NCBI GenBank assembly: GCA_965222225.1
Contig: CBDCTK010000002.1
Span: 1,184,001-1,248,000, forward strand
Source: Candidatus Poribacteria bacterium
Lineage (GTDB): Bacteria; Poribacteria; WGA-4E; JAJDTR01
Length of the DNA: 64,000 nucleotides
Direction: 5' to 3'
Shown: positions 43,560 to 53,484 of the stretch, piece after piece
Position numbering within the stretch: the stretch's first letter is position 1
Layout of the letters: every line of letters begins with the position of its first letter
Made by a program: the position numbers and the translations under genes
The notes under the pieces: model-generated
Seen by the model: only the letters and a program-made list of their open reading frames with translations
The model's database searches: none
What the model was told of the DNA's origin: nothing

Positions 43560-44498
43560 ATGACCATGACGGCAAAGAAGACTAATGCTTCACTTCAAAA
43601 CGCGCTTCAAGGTAGGGCGATGAGCAAGGGACGCACAGAACTTGGATCGGATATAAGGAAGTTGCTAGATACGTTAGATGGGGATGAGCGTGTTGAGGCG
43701 GTTATTGAGCGGGTGCAACGATATACGGTCGAGGCAGCGGGTAGAACCGTAGACTCCGACTTTCGCCTGATGGGGAAACATCTAGCCGATGAGATTAAGG
43801 AGATAATCTGCAAAGAATTGGCGCCATACGTATCGTCCTATATCTCAGATGCACACCGGGAATTGGTCGTCCACGCTCATGCGCGCGGGTTATCTACCGC
43901 CGATGCGGTTCGGACGTTGATATTGGAAGACCGTACGATGAATCGGCTGGCGCAAGAGGACGCTGTGGGCGTGGAAGATTTACGCACAATCTTGATTCAT
44001 CGGTTATCGTATCTTAAGCCGGGGACGGCGCGATGGCCCGAAGCGAAGTACGGTTCGGTGTGGCGCGAAGCGCGGGAAGAGTATAGGCAACAAGTCAGTG
44101 ATATTCCGTTCACCTCTCAAGCGGAGCAGGCTGCGCTTTTAGCCAAGAATGCGGAGCGGATAAACCGTGCTTTAGACAATGAAAAAAATTCCGTCAAAGA
44201 TATTCAAATGCTGACAAATTCGCTGACCAAAACCTTGGAGAGTCTGCGAAAGCTATCGGCGGTTGACGAGCCGATGCCTGCGAGTCTGTCCGGGGTTCAG
44301 CTTGTCGGCGTGCTGGAGCGGTTGACGCTTGCCTTGGGAGCACCCGAACAGAAACAGCTTGGTGGCGATGCGAAGGAACTGGTTGGAGTTTTGGAGCACT
44401 TAACGCTTGCATTGAAAGCGCCGCAGCGAGAGCGGACGGGCAACGGAGTTAAGGCACTGCCTTCGGAGGCGGACGCGGACGACGGCAAAGCAGAATAA
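43560..44498 (+). CDS. Hypothetical protein with DUF2280-like (phage small terminase-like) segment
   Basis: GGAGG RBS; KY..VW.EARE.Y....SDIPF resembles DUF2280 by eye. Confidence 0.55.
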   Translation: MTMTAKKTNASLQNALQGRAMSKGRTELGSDIRKLLDTLDGDERVEAVIERVQRYTVEAAGRTVDSDFRLMGKHLADEIKEIICKELAPYVSSYISDAHRELVVHAHARGLSTADAVRTLILEDRTMNRLAQEDAVGVEDLRTILIHRLSYLKPGTARWPEAKYGSVWREAREEYRQQVSDIPFTSQAEQAALLAKNAERINRALDNEKNSVKDIQMLTNSLTKTLESLRKLSAVDEPMPASLSGVQLVGVLERLTLALGAPEQKQLGGDAKELVGVLEHLTLALKAPQRERTGNGVKALPSEADADDGKAE

Positions 44499-44683
44499 TA
44501 CGGCAGAAACGACGAGTCGTCTTTTTTTCGAGGCGTTGACGTGGCGACTTTCACACTCATCCCTTGTTTTATCATCAAGCATTTTAGCCTGACCGAGTAG
44601 GTCGGCTTTTTCCCCTTGAATCTCCCTCATTTATGTCTAAAGGATAGTGGGAAAGTTTAATGACAGTCGACTGTCTTTTTTGA

Positions 44684-44712
44684 TTGACAACTACTCATAT
44701 GTATAGTATAAT
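44684..44712 (+). promoter_or_regulatory. Consensus sigma70 promoter
   Basis: TTGACA-N17-TATAAT; palindrome GACAGTCGACTGTC (44662-44675) just upstream. Confidence 0.8.
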
Positions 44713-44802
44713 GTGGACGTGGCCCGATGGAATGGGAATGGTAGCTCCCCAATTTGTTTTAATGCTCGGATTACATCTTACTTGAAAGGAGACATTCCAC
44801 GA

Positions 44803-45606
44803 ATGAAAGTAAGAATTCTAGTCACGCTTGAGGTAATTGACAACGGCTGGCTCGACCCTGCACGTAGGGCGTCAACGTGCACCGTGGCGCAGGCGCTGGT
44901 AAACGCGAAGATTGTGAGGGATACGCTCGGAGTCGACGTTTTGAACGACACAGTCTTGCTGCGGTTGCCGAATGATGGAGATCAATCCGTGTTTACCGTG
45001 TCACTGGCGTTTTCGGAATGGATTCGTAAGTTTGATCGATGGACAGCCGTCCGGAGCAATTATCAAAAATGGCGCAAAGAATGCGCAGACTTACGACGAC
45101 TTGGAAAGACGGACTTGCCGCCAATGCCAGCAATCAAGGGAAAAGCGGCGACGCCCGTTACAGTCATCATGGACACTGAAGAACAACACGTCTCTATCGA
45201 AGGCGATCCAGCATCCAAGAGCGAGAGGGTTGTGCTCCCGCCATCCTATCGCGATAGGTATCTTCTAAGTATCCGTGACAATTTTGAGTCACTACTGCGA
45301 TTAGACACAGAACGCTTCAATTCACTCTGCAGTTATCTTCACGTAGTGGCGGGAGGACAATTGTCGAGTTCTGTCCGGAGGATGGGTCCCCCGGGGAAGA
45401 GCAAGGCGTACCCACAAACCGTGGTCAAGCCTGTATCGAATTACAGCGGCAACTCTGGCGATGTCCAGGCACACTCTCCGGAAAAATACAGCATGTCAAC
45501 CCAGCGCGACAAAATGTCAAAGAACCAGAATGGTTCAAAATGCCCAAAATCGCCGTCCGTTTATCCGTCTGAATACCAGAACCCCCAACTCGATCTAAAA
45601 TCGTGA
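44803..45606 (+). CDS. Hypothetical phage-like protein
   Basis: AAAGGAG RBS; I.VT..VID.G...C.VA.AL...WI.KFDR pattern shared with 55978. Confidence 0.65.
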   Translation: MKVRILVTLEVIDNGWLDPARRASTCTVAQALVNAKIVRDTLGVDVLNDTVLLRLPNDGDQSVFTVSLAFSEWIRKFDRWTAVRSNYQKWRKECADLRRLGKTDLPPMPAIKGKAATPVTVIMDTEEQHVSIEGDPASKSERVVLPPSYRDRYLLSIRDNFESLLRLDTERFNSLCSYLHVVAGGQLSSSVRRMGPPGKSKAYPQTVVKPVSNYSGNSGDVQAHSPEKYSMSTQRDKMSKNQNGSKCPKSPSVYPSEYQNPQLDLKS

Positions 45607-45656
45607 ATGTGACGGCAAAGCGTAGTCATCCGAGGTGACAGTCGTACATAACCTAA

Positions 45657-45890
45657 GAGCCTGTTTGAATAATCGGTGGTAAAGCCATTTTTGGTCATTT
45701 GTAGAAAGTTTTTTCATGTTTTCATTGTTGGCTGCTACATACCTGTCACTATTCTATCGCACTCACTATTCGATCGCTTGATCCCACGCTGGGGCTTTTA
45801 GCGGCTGGTAGGATTTCTATGGGATTTCTATCGCACTCGTTATCCACTCGTTTGATCGCACCCTACAAACTGTACTTTTCAAACAGGCTC
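45657..45890. mobile_element. MITE copy 2 (same family as 35789-36111), 234 bp
   Basis: Same TIRs; TAA duplicated (45654-45656, 45891-45893); variable-slot units at 45749-45782 and 45823-45856. Confidence 0.9.
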
Positions 45891-46773
45891 TAAGAATGAG
45901 ACACAACTACAAGTTGGCGTGATTTGGTGCGTTGGAATAGCATTATCCTGAAGGATATCGTGGTAGCCGCTGAAACCTATGTCGGCGAGAGTCTCGCAAG
46001 CGGACCAGGCGACCTTACAACGAGAATAGCGAAGATAAACCTAAGCGTGGTAGTGGAAAGACGTACCTTCAGTCGCAGCCACAAGAGGTAACTAACATTC
46101 GGGTGATAAAACCATGAGCCACCGAAAAACCTATGCCAATGCCCCAAATGGTATGTGGTTGTTTCCGCAGAGTTCCTGCGAGACATATTAACCGAGTATT
46201 TGAATCATCCAGAATACGGCAAGGACTTCAGTATCCATCAGCACTGTTTCATGTGTGCCAATGATGACCGAACTGAATCCTATACTATAAGATGGCCTGA
46301 TAACACCTGAGAGCGGTCCTGAAGAATTGTTCGGGGACCTACCTCACCCAAACATGTTGAATGCCCTGTTTGTTGGATCGCGAGACGGCACTCTGACGAT
46401 TCCGTCGAGATTCTCAAACACCGACAACTAACAACAAACTGGGAAGACTGGGGGACCTTGCCCGCAGGGTAGAAGTAAAAGCTAATTGTCGGCGTGCAAG
46501 AGGCAATCTTACTAGCATAACTTCGACAAGAGAAGACTTCGGCGCGGGGCGGTTGACATTGCGACTCATGATGTGGATGATTTTAATGATGATGTAAAAG
46601 GCGTGCGTTCCCACTTGGCTAACCCCCTGTCCGCCTCCCGCATCGCCTTAGGAGCTACTCACTTAGGCCGATGCCCTTCCACAAGTGAGAAGGGGAGTTC
46701 AGCGAGGCGTGCATCGTCGTGGCTTTTGCAACTCCACTAAACGCAATAGAGATATGCAATACCTGGCGGCGTT

Positions 46774-47121
46774 ATGACAGTCGTACAGAGCCTAAAGATG
46801 AAATCCAAACTTCCCACTCTCCGCCTCGGCTACATTCTCGTGTGCTTGGCGGTTTCCATCGCTATTCCCATCCCGCCAACCGGCGCCTCACTCAAACACG
46901 CCGCGGTCGTCGGCTTCGAGTCCCCGCGCTCCTTGGCAGGGTTTCTAATACTGTGGTTTATTTTGAGCCAGCTAAACATCATTCCAAGAAGTTGGAACAG
47001 GACAAAAACGAATCCCCGGAAACGACTTCAGCTCATCGAACCCTTCGACAAAATGCGGCATTGGAATCCATCAGATCGTGTCTCACTCCAAATGAGCGCT
47101 GACGTGAACAAAGGAGAATAA
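46774..47121 (+). CDS. Small membrane protein
   Basis: Two hydrophobic segments; ends at the RBS of the next gene. Confidence 0.5.
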   Translation: MTVVQSLKMKSKLPTLRLGYILVCLAVSIAIPIPPTGASLKHAAVVGFESPRSLAGFLILWFILSQLNIIPRSWNRTKTNPRKRLQLIEPFDKMRHWNPSDRVSLQMSADVNKGE

Positions 47122-47123
47122 TC

Positions 47124-48587
47124 ATGGAGCAACTCGGATATATCGCCCTCGGCTGTGTTCTGATATTAGTCGTGCTGGGACTGCGGCGCGTGGACTGGTC
47201 GAAGATTAGGTTGCCGAAATTTGGACGGGCGGGTGTCGGCGTGGGCGCCAGAACGAAGAACTCGGTGCTATTGAGCATCGCGTTTCACGCTGTGCTGGCG
47301 TTGATTGGTGCGTTATTCATTGTTACGAAGGACATCGAACACGACGCTATCAACGTGGAGTGGGTGAAGATACCGCGGACACCGCGGCGCCTAAAGACAC
47401 CTGAAGTCAAACCTGTCCAACCCCGGATTATACCCCCTCGTAATCTGGCGACGCATCAAGCAACGCCGAATACAAAGCCGGTCGATGTGAAGGTGGCGGC
47501 GAGACGGTCGATTTCTCTGGTCGAAAGGAATTTTGATTTGTCCGTAGACACGAGCTAGGGGAGCGTGGGCGACATTGAAACCAAAGCTGAATTCGTCCCC
47601 AAGCCTCGCGAGATTACGCTGTCTTCACGTTCCGGGAAGGCCGGAACGGGTATGGTTACCGGAAGCGCCGACGCCCCCGGCAGAGGCAAAGGGAAAACTG
47701 CGGGCAGGGGCGGATTGGGCGCAACGATAGAATCGACGGGCACGGCGGATTCAGCCAGCCTAGAAGATTCCGACTTCACCCATCTGGAGACTGTACCTGA
47801 TGGCGAACTGGGCGCAATTCTCACGGGCGAGGGCAAGGACATATCCGGGCATATCCGGATGATACGATTGAAACATTCGCTTTCGGACTGGTGGCAGGAC
47901 CCGACGGCTATGCCTAGCTTTATGAAGTGGCTAAAGGATAATACGCGCATTCGGGCGGATATGAAATATAAGGGTGGATCACTTCGATTAACCGAGCCGG
48001 ATATTCAGGACGCCCCGCTAATCTTCATGACCGGGCACGACAAGGATATAACCGTGGGACGCGGACTCGCTAAAGACGGACCGTTATTGGACGGGTTTAG
48101 CACGGAAGAACGTGCAGCCTTGAGGAGATATATCGTAGAACGGGGCGGGATGCTTTTCTTTGACGATTGCGGTTTCAACGGACTCTTTGCCCAACAGGTC
48201 GCCCTCGAGCTCGGCAAAGTCTTTCCGGAGTATCCGCTCAAGGATATTCCGCACAACCACGAGATTTACAAACTCTATTACCAGCTCCCCCGGCCTCCCA
48301 CAGGGGGCGACGTGTTTTGGGCTGCTCCGGGCGCAGGCCAGCGCGCGGGAGGCGCCTATCGAGCTATCTCGTCGAAGTTCGCGTACCAGAAAGGCATCTC
48401 GATTGGCAGCAGATTATCCGTCGTCTATAACCGCAAAGATTACCTGTGCTCAATGGAGACCGCGGAAGTCGATAGTCGCGCTAGGCTGCGAGATAGGCGA
48501 TCGCCCGACGTTCACCGATTCATGACCAACCTCTTGGTCTATGCCATGAAATACGGCGGGAACACTGACAGGAGTAACTACCAATAG
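47124..48587 (+). pseudogene. DUF4159-domain membrane-anchored protein, copy 2 (single in-frame TAG)
   Basis: Continuous frame except TAG at 47556-47558 (GAG in copy 1); DWWQDP, FMTGH, GGMLFFDDC motifs. Confidence 0.8.
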
Positions 48588-48713
48588 CTTAGCCAATAAG
48601 GAGCTATCATGAACTTCACACAAAACTCCGTTACGCCACCCTCGGCATCGTAATCCCTTTGCCACGCTCGTCAGCAGATTTGTACTCTACGATCAAAAAA
48701 GTCCCACGACTCC

Positions 48714-48744
48714 GTAGGTTGGGTTGAGCACAGCGAAACCCAAC
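48714..48744 (+). repeat. GTAG-type REP-like hairpin ('empty' form)
   Basis: GTAG GTTGGGTT GAGCACAGCGA AACCCAAC. Confidence 0.75.
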
Positions 48745-48905
48745 TCCCCGCAAATTCACCCGAATATCTTCCATCCGGCTCCCCATTCAATCGCTCTCTT
48801 CCATTCTTCCGCCCTTCCCCTCCCCTTGCCACTTGCGATTAAGTCTGCTATACTATATCAACCACAGAAATGATCGCCACAAATCCTTATTGAAAAAATC
48901 GTCCT

Positions 48906-50180
48906 ATGCGCATCCAAAGACCCCGCTTCCCCTGCTCTCCACTCATCGCCGCCGCCATCGTTATCCTACTTACCATTGGCTTCACCGTTCCGTGCGCCCA
49001 CGCTTCGGGCCCGTGGGTCGAGGTTAAATCACCGGGCGAATTGGATGTCGGAATCATTCATTTTATCGATGCCGAAATCGGTTGGGCTGTGGGGTCAGAT
49101 TTTATACTCCGCACCGCAGATGGGGGACACAATTGGCACCGGCATGAAAGGCCTGACGACCTTCCTCGCTGGACGAAGGATTTTTCTTCTCCGACGACGG
49201 GATGGAGCCTAACCGAGTGGCGCCATCAGAATTCCCCCATGTTGCTTGAAGACATCGAGTTCATTCAAACTACCGATGGCGGCTTAACATGGCAACCAAA
49301 GCGCGGGAAGGTTACCGAGTTGGTTCTCATTGGAGATGAGACGCCTCACCCTGACCGACCCCTTGCGGACAACGTAAGGCTTAAACAAGTCGGAATCTAT
49401 TTTTTTGATGATCAGTTTGGGTGGATTGTCGGACCCACGGGCAATTGGGTCTGGCGCCACGACTGGCTTGGGGATCCGATCGGGAATTTATTAGCAGGCA
49501 ATTACCTATGTTCTACTCGTGACGGCGGCGAGTCGTGGAAGTGCCAGATTCATATCTATCTCTCGCGCAAACAAGGACACTTCAATATTGATGAATATTT
49601 GAGAATGCCCGAACATGTATATTTTCTCAATCCTCAGGTAGGGTGGATCGCGCCAGCCACCGGTTGGATGTATCACACAACGAATGACGGCACGGATTGG
49701 GAAGTGGTAGGTCACCCACTTGCGGGAGTCATGCCGGTCCTGCCCCGTGAGCGCTTTCTTACTAAACTCAAATTCGTTGATGAATCTCGCGGCTGGGCGG
49801 GCACTACATGGGCTGGCACTCCAGAAAGTGCATGGTTCACCGCAGACGGAGGACGGACATGGAGCATAAAATTTAGAGGCCTGAGTGGTGTCCTTTATGC
49901 CAACAAAGATGGTGTGTGGCTGCCAGGCTATAGGTGGTCTCCTACTGGCGAGACAATTCGAGGGATTTTCTATTCGGCGGATGATGGAGACACCTGGGAA
50001 CTGGAATGGGAAGGTCCCCAACGCATATATGTCATCGTATACAATGAAGCGACGCAATCCCTCTGGGCGGGCGGAGAAGGCATAATTCTTCATAAGAACT
50101 TGCAAACAGCCGTCGCGCCGCAAGGTAAACTGACTACTCTCTGGGGAAAACTCAAAGACGCTCCCGACTCCAACCCGTAG
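48906..50180 (+). CDS. Exported BNR/YCF48-like beta-propeller protein with C-terminal TxWGxLK motif
   Basis: Repeated F.D...GW and T.DGG.TW units; ends AVAPQGKLTTLWGKLK. Confidence 0.88.
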   Translation: MRIQRPRFPCSPLIAAAIVILLTIGFTVPCAHASGPWVEVKSPGELDVGIIHFIDAEIGWAVGSDFILRTADGGHNWHRHERPDDLPRWTKDFSSPTTGWSLTEWRHQNSPMLLEDIEFIQTTDGGLTWQPKRGKVTELVLIGDETPHPDRPLADNVRLKQVGIYFFDDQFGWIVGPTGNWVWRHDWLGDPIGNLLAGNYLCSTRDGGESWKCQIHIYLSRKQGHFNIDEYLRMPEHVYFLNPQVGWIAPATGWMYHTTNDGTDWEVVGHPLAGVMPVLPRERFLTKLKFVDESRGWAGTTWAGTPESAWFTADGGRTWSIKFRGLSGVLYANKDGVWLPGYRWSPTGETIRGIFYSADDGDTWELEWEGPQRIYVIVYNEATQSLWAGGEGIILHKNLQTAVAPQGKLTTLWGKLKDAPDSNP

Positions 50181-50244
50181 GTTAGGATCAAGCGACTGAT
50201 TAAGGAGCGCGATAGAAATCTCAGAGAGCACAGCGAAACCCAAC
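50177..50244 (+). repeat. Same REP as 48714 with a variable-slot unit (50187-50220) inside; partial unit at 50339-50361
   Basis: GTAGGTTAGG[ATCAA...ATC]TCAGA-GAGCACAGCGAAACCCAAC. Confidence 0.85.
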
Positions 50245-50552
50245 TTCATTGGGCTCCGCAGCATATCCATAGGGTGAGATTGGGTATCGTCTAATCCCCG
50301 ATTTCCGCCCCTACTGACCCTCATCCCCTGTAGGAGCGATCAACTGAATGGACAGTGAAGGATTTGTTGCGGTACTCACTGGGAAATAAAGACCGATCTC
50401 CCGAACGCTATTAGTGTACGAGATTCTTATCTCGCGCACAATCCCAACATGATTTTTCTAGTTGGATTACCCTGGCTTTTCGTCGATCTGGACACTTACC
50501 CTAGTGATTCACCCTATTGGCTGAGAGATGCACATGGACAAATCGCCATGGG

Positions 50553-51263
50553 CTATGGCTTGGCCAGGGCAAACACTTCAACCTTTTTTATGAGGCCCAA
50601 AGCATGGGTTTTGGGGATAACTCGAACCGCGTCTCCTTCAGCTCGAATATCAACCGACGTAACCCCTTCTATCCAGCCCTTGAATTGCTTGACATGAACC
50701 CACCTGTCTTCTCCCGTCCGGACATAAATATCCGTGTTTCGCATTCGGTCAATCGAATGAATCACGACTCGTCGGATATGACGCTGTTCGCGCAACTTAA
50801 CGGCATGTGCGCTAGGCAGAGATGCGGACATGGGGTCGTAAAAGAACGTCGCATCAATGCGTTCCAATTCTTCCGGCACCTCGAGTAGCTTGGCGCAGCC
50901 AGTCATTGTTCCGAAACTTATCGCTACGAGTGCGACGACAAGCTGGCCGTACCTGTTTGTGCCGCGCGTACCTTTGACAAAGGGCATGATTCTCAAATTC
51001 CAGTAAGGCACGAACATCCACCAACCAGGTTTGTTGAGATCATGACAACGTTTGACCGAGGCTGCCCCTGCTACCCAAACGTAAAAACCCAATAGGGCGT
51101 ATCTAACGATAGACATGACAATCCAAAACGTTTTTGAAACTACGAGAACTCCAGCAGCGCATGAGGCAACAGTCAGTAGTATGAGCGCACCGCCTCCAAT
51201 GCCGAAGACATGCCAATAGTCTTTTGTTGTGGATCGACCTTTGAATGAAAAGAGTTCGTTCAT
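50553..51263 (-). CDS. DUF805 (YhaH-like) membrane protein fused to a lipoprotein-like domain
   Basis: FSFKGR....YW, VKRCHDLNKPGWW, G..GTNRYG, then a hydrophobic stretch ending MTGC. Confidence 0.75.
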   Translation of the reverse strand: MNELFSFKGRSTTKDYWHVFGIGGGALILLTVASCAAGVLVVSKTFWIVMSIVRYALLGFYVWVAGAASVKRCHDLNKPGWWMFVPYWNLRIMPFVKGTRGTNRYGQLVVALVAISFGTMTGCAKLLEVPEELERIDATFFYDPMSASLPSAHAVKLREQRHIRRVVIHSIDRMRNTDIYVRTGEDRWVHVKQFKGWIEGVTSVDIRAEGDAVRVIPKTHALGLIKKVEVFALAKP

Positions 51264-51334
51264 AGGATGAAGTATAGTAAAGCATTGAGGCAGCGTCAAC
51301 CATAAAGGGCTGCGAAAGAGCCACTTCGAGCGTG

Positions 51335-51435
51335 GGCTCTCGGAAACGACGGTACGCCATCGGATACGGGCGATATTTCATCTTTGGCCAGAATGGTTTT
51401 TACTCCGGAGACGAAGCGAGCAGCAAGTGTTGATT
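51335..51435 (+). pseudogene. Deleted remnant of the HTH gene at 55366
   Basis: GLSETTVR and RYFI.GQNG codons retained, intervening ~30 bp missing. Confidence 0.65.
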
Positions 51436-51889
51436 GACCGCCTTACTTCCGAAGTTGACTATTTGCGCACAGACGCAACTCCTGGCAGTCTTGACCGCAC
51501 AGAACAGTGACATGGTGGCGAAGTTGAATCCCCCTCCTCAACCGTCATGGGTTGAGAGGATTCGCGCGAAGTTTCTCACGATACGCACCAAAGGCGACAC
51601 AGAGGCTTGATAGCCTATCTGTGAGACATTAACCTCGTACCAACACACAAACGCACGAGAATCAAGCGAATACGAAAGGACATTCAATTTCAGTACAATC
51701 ACTTGCGCCGCTCTATTTACGGCACTCATTGTGGGGCTTTGCGGCGTGAACTGAGGAATCATCATCCGAAATGGTTAGCTCATCTTCAGTTTCAGTTAAG
51801 GGATCAATCAAGTTGACTGGAGATGAGGTTGCAGTGTCCAGAAGGCTTGGTTGAGATGGTGGTAAGAACAACATGTTTCCTGCGCATGG

Positions 51890-52207
51890 CTAGTCGTCTC
51901 CTTCCTGTTCTTCCTGGACGGCGGCTTCTGCCGCGGCCTGTTCGGCTTCCAACCTCGCAATTTCAGCGTTCGTATTGGAGATGGCGGAATTAGAATCCGC
52001 TATCCGACGTTCTAAGTCGTCGATTTTAGCTGCACGAGCGGCTGCCTCGGCCTTGGAATCATGAAAATGTTGCATGGCGTCGGCTGCTTGACGCTGTAGG
52101 TCGGCGTTATCATCCGCAAACCAGACTTCTGTAACCAGCCAGAACACGCCACTTACAAACATGATCCCGGCAACAATGGTGGCAAGAGCAACATGTTTCC
52201 TGCGCAT
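51890..52207 (-). CDS. Membrane-anchored coiled-coil protein flanked by 48-bp direct repeats
   Basis: AAGGAG RBS; repeats 51856-51903 and 52176-52223. Confidence 0.75.
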   Translation of the reverse strand: MRRKHVALATIVAGIMFVSGVFWLVTEVWFADDNADLQRQAADAMQHFHDSKAEAAARAAKIDDLERRIADSNSAISNTNAEIARLEAEQAAAEAAVQEEQEGDD

Positions 52208-52378
52208 GGCTAGTCGTCTCCTTTGGTAGCGTGCAATTGCGTCATTATAGCCGGCAATGGTTTCTAGGATTGAGGTTAATTGTCCTTCAAGCTCCTCAAC
52301 AGTGTGTAAGATAGCGTCGCGTACACCTACTAAATAACGGATGGTGGGATTGGCAGTTGTACGGTTTCATAAACTCTT

Positions 52379-53082
52379 CGGAATTAGTAGCTTGTAGCTT
52401 TTAGACTGACGACAAACATAAAACTTGGTACCCTGTCGTAAATCTTTTCGTCACACGTAGATGTCCATAGTGACTATTCTTCTCGTAGGAGTTTGCTATG
52501 GACATTTTGAATCTTATGAAAGAGTTTCCAAATCAAGAATCTTGTCTCAGATTTATAGAGGAAAAACGTTGGAAGGACGGTGTCTGCTGTATCCACTGTG
52601 GCAGTGAAAAAGTTGGACGCAAGAACAAAAACGACATTACTGCTGGTTGGAATTGCTACGATTGTGGATCTAGCTTTTCGGCTATAGCAGGAACAATCTT
52701 CCATGGTGCCAAGATACCTCTCCAGAAATGGTTTTTGGCTATCTCAATCCTTTCCAATGCCAAGAAAAGCATATCGAGTTGTCAGCTTGCTCGTGACTTG
52801 GACATGAATCAAAAGTCCGCTTGGTATATGGCAATGCGCCTCCGTGAGAAAATGAGTGATAGTGATGAATTGCTGAAAGGGATAGTTGAAGCGGACGAAA
52901 CCTATGTCGGCGGCAAACCCAGAGCAAAATCTAAGAGAGGTAGAGGCACAAATAAATCTCCCGTCATCGGAGTAGTCGAGAGAGGCGGTCGGGTGGTTGC
53001 TAAATTCATGAAGGTTCTATCTGGTGAAAATATCAGAGAATTCATCCTTAGCAATGTCTCACCCGATGAGTCTATTCTTATG
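52379..53082 (+). mobile_element. Truncated IS1595 copy (inverted relative to 19901-21149)
   Basis: Same left end and near-identical transposase 5' part (52498 onward); homology stops at ...ESILM; no right IR seen. Confidence 0.92.
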
Positions 53083-53103
53083 TTTGAAGTGAAAATAAGC
53101 CGT

Positions 53104-53391
53104 TCAGCTATCTCGACTTTTTTTTGAATACACTCTTTTTGCTACAACTCGAATCAGAATTGTAAGTGTCAATAAGATACCGAGTTCAATTAACCAAGCA
53201 GTAATGCCGTAAGTTGATATTAGAAACTCACCGACACCTACTCCGACCACGGCTGTTACTGATGCTATGACAACTAGGAAGGTGCCGTGCCGTTTCTGTG
53301 CTGCTCTTATCACTAATGGAGCAATAGCTACTAGCAAAATTATAGCTACTGCTGTTAGGATTGCAACGGTCATGGTAGCAATTTCTTTCAA
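53104..53391 (-). CDS. Small membrane protein (3 TM)
   Basis: Hydrophobic 95-aa ORF abutting the IS breakpoint. Confidence 0.6.
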   Translation of the reverse strand: MKEIATMTVAILTAVAIILLVAIAPLVIRAAQKRHGTFLVVIASVTAVVGVGVGEFLISTYGITAWLIELGILLTLTILIRVVAKRVYSKKSRDS

Positions 53392-53484
53392 TTACAACTA
53401 TAGTCATTTCAAATAAGAATTATACATTTTGATAATATCGTCAATTTTTTTGTGTTTCGGTGCATATTGCCACCGTTTCTTGAT

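Noticed and set aside
45900-46420. Gene downstream of MITE 2
   Set aside because: Protein-like fragments are interrupted by stops and no family can be assigned.
47556-47558. Amber (TAG) recoding in the DUF4159 genes
   Set aside because: TAG terminates normal genes here (e.g. 4669, 11585, 12326), the two TAGs are at non-equivalent positions, and copy 1 has additional lesions.
49506-50324. 272-aa antisense ORF and other shadow ORFs over sdhA, katG, lnt and the peptidases
   Set aside because: They overlap well-supported genes on the other strand or frame and have no motifs.
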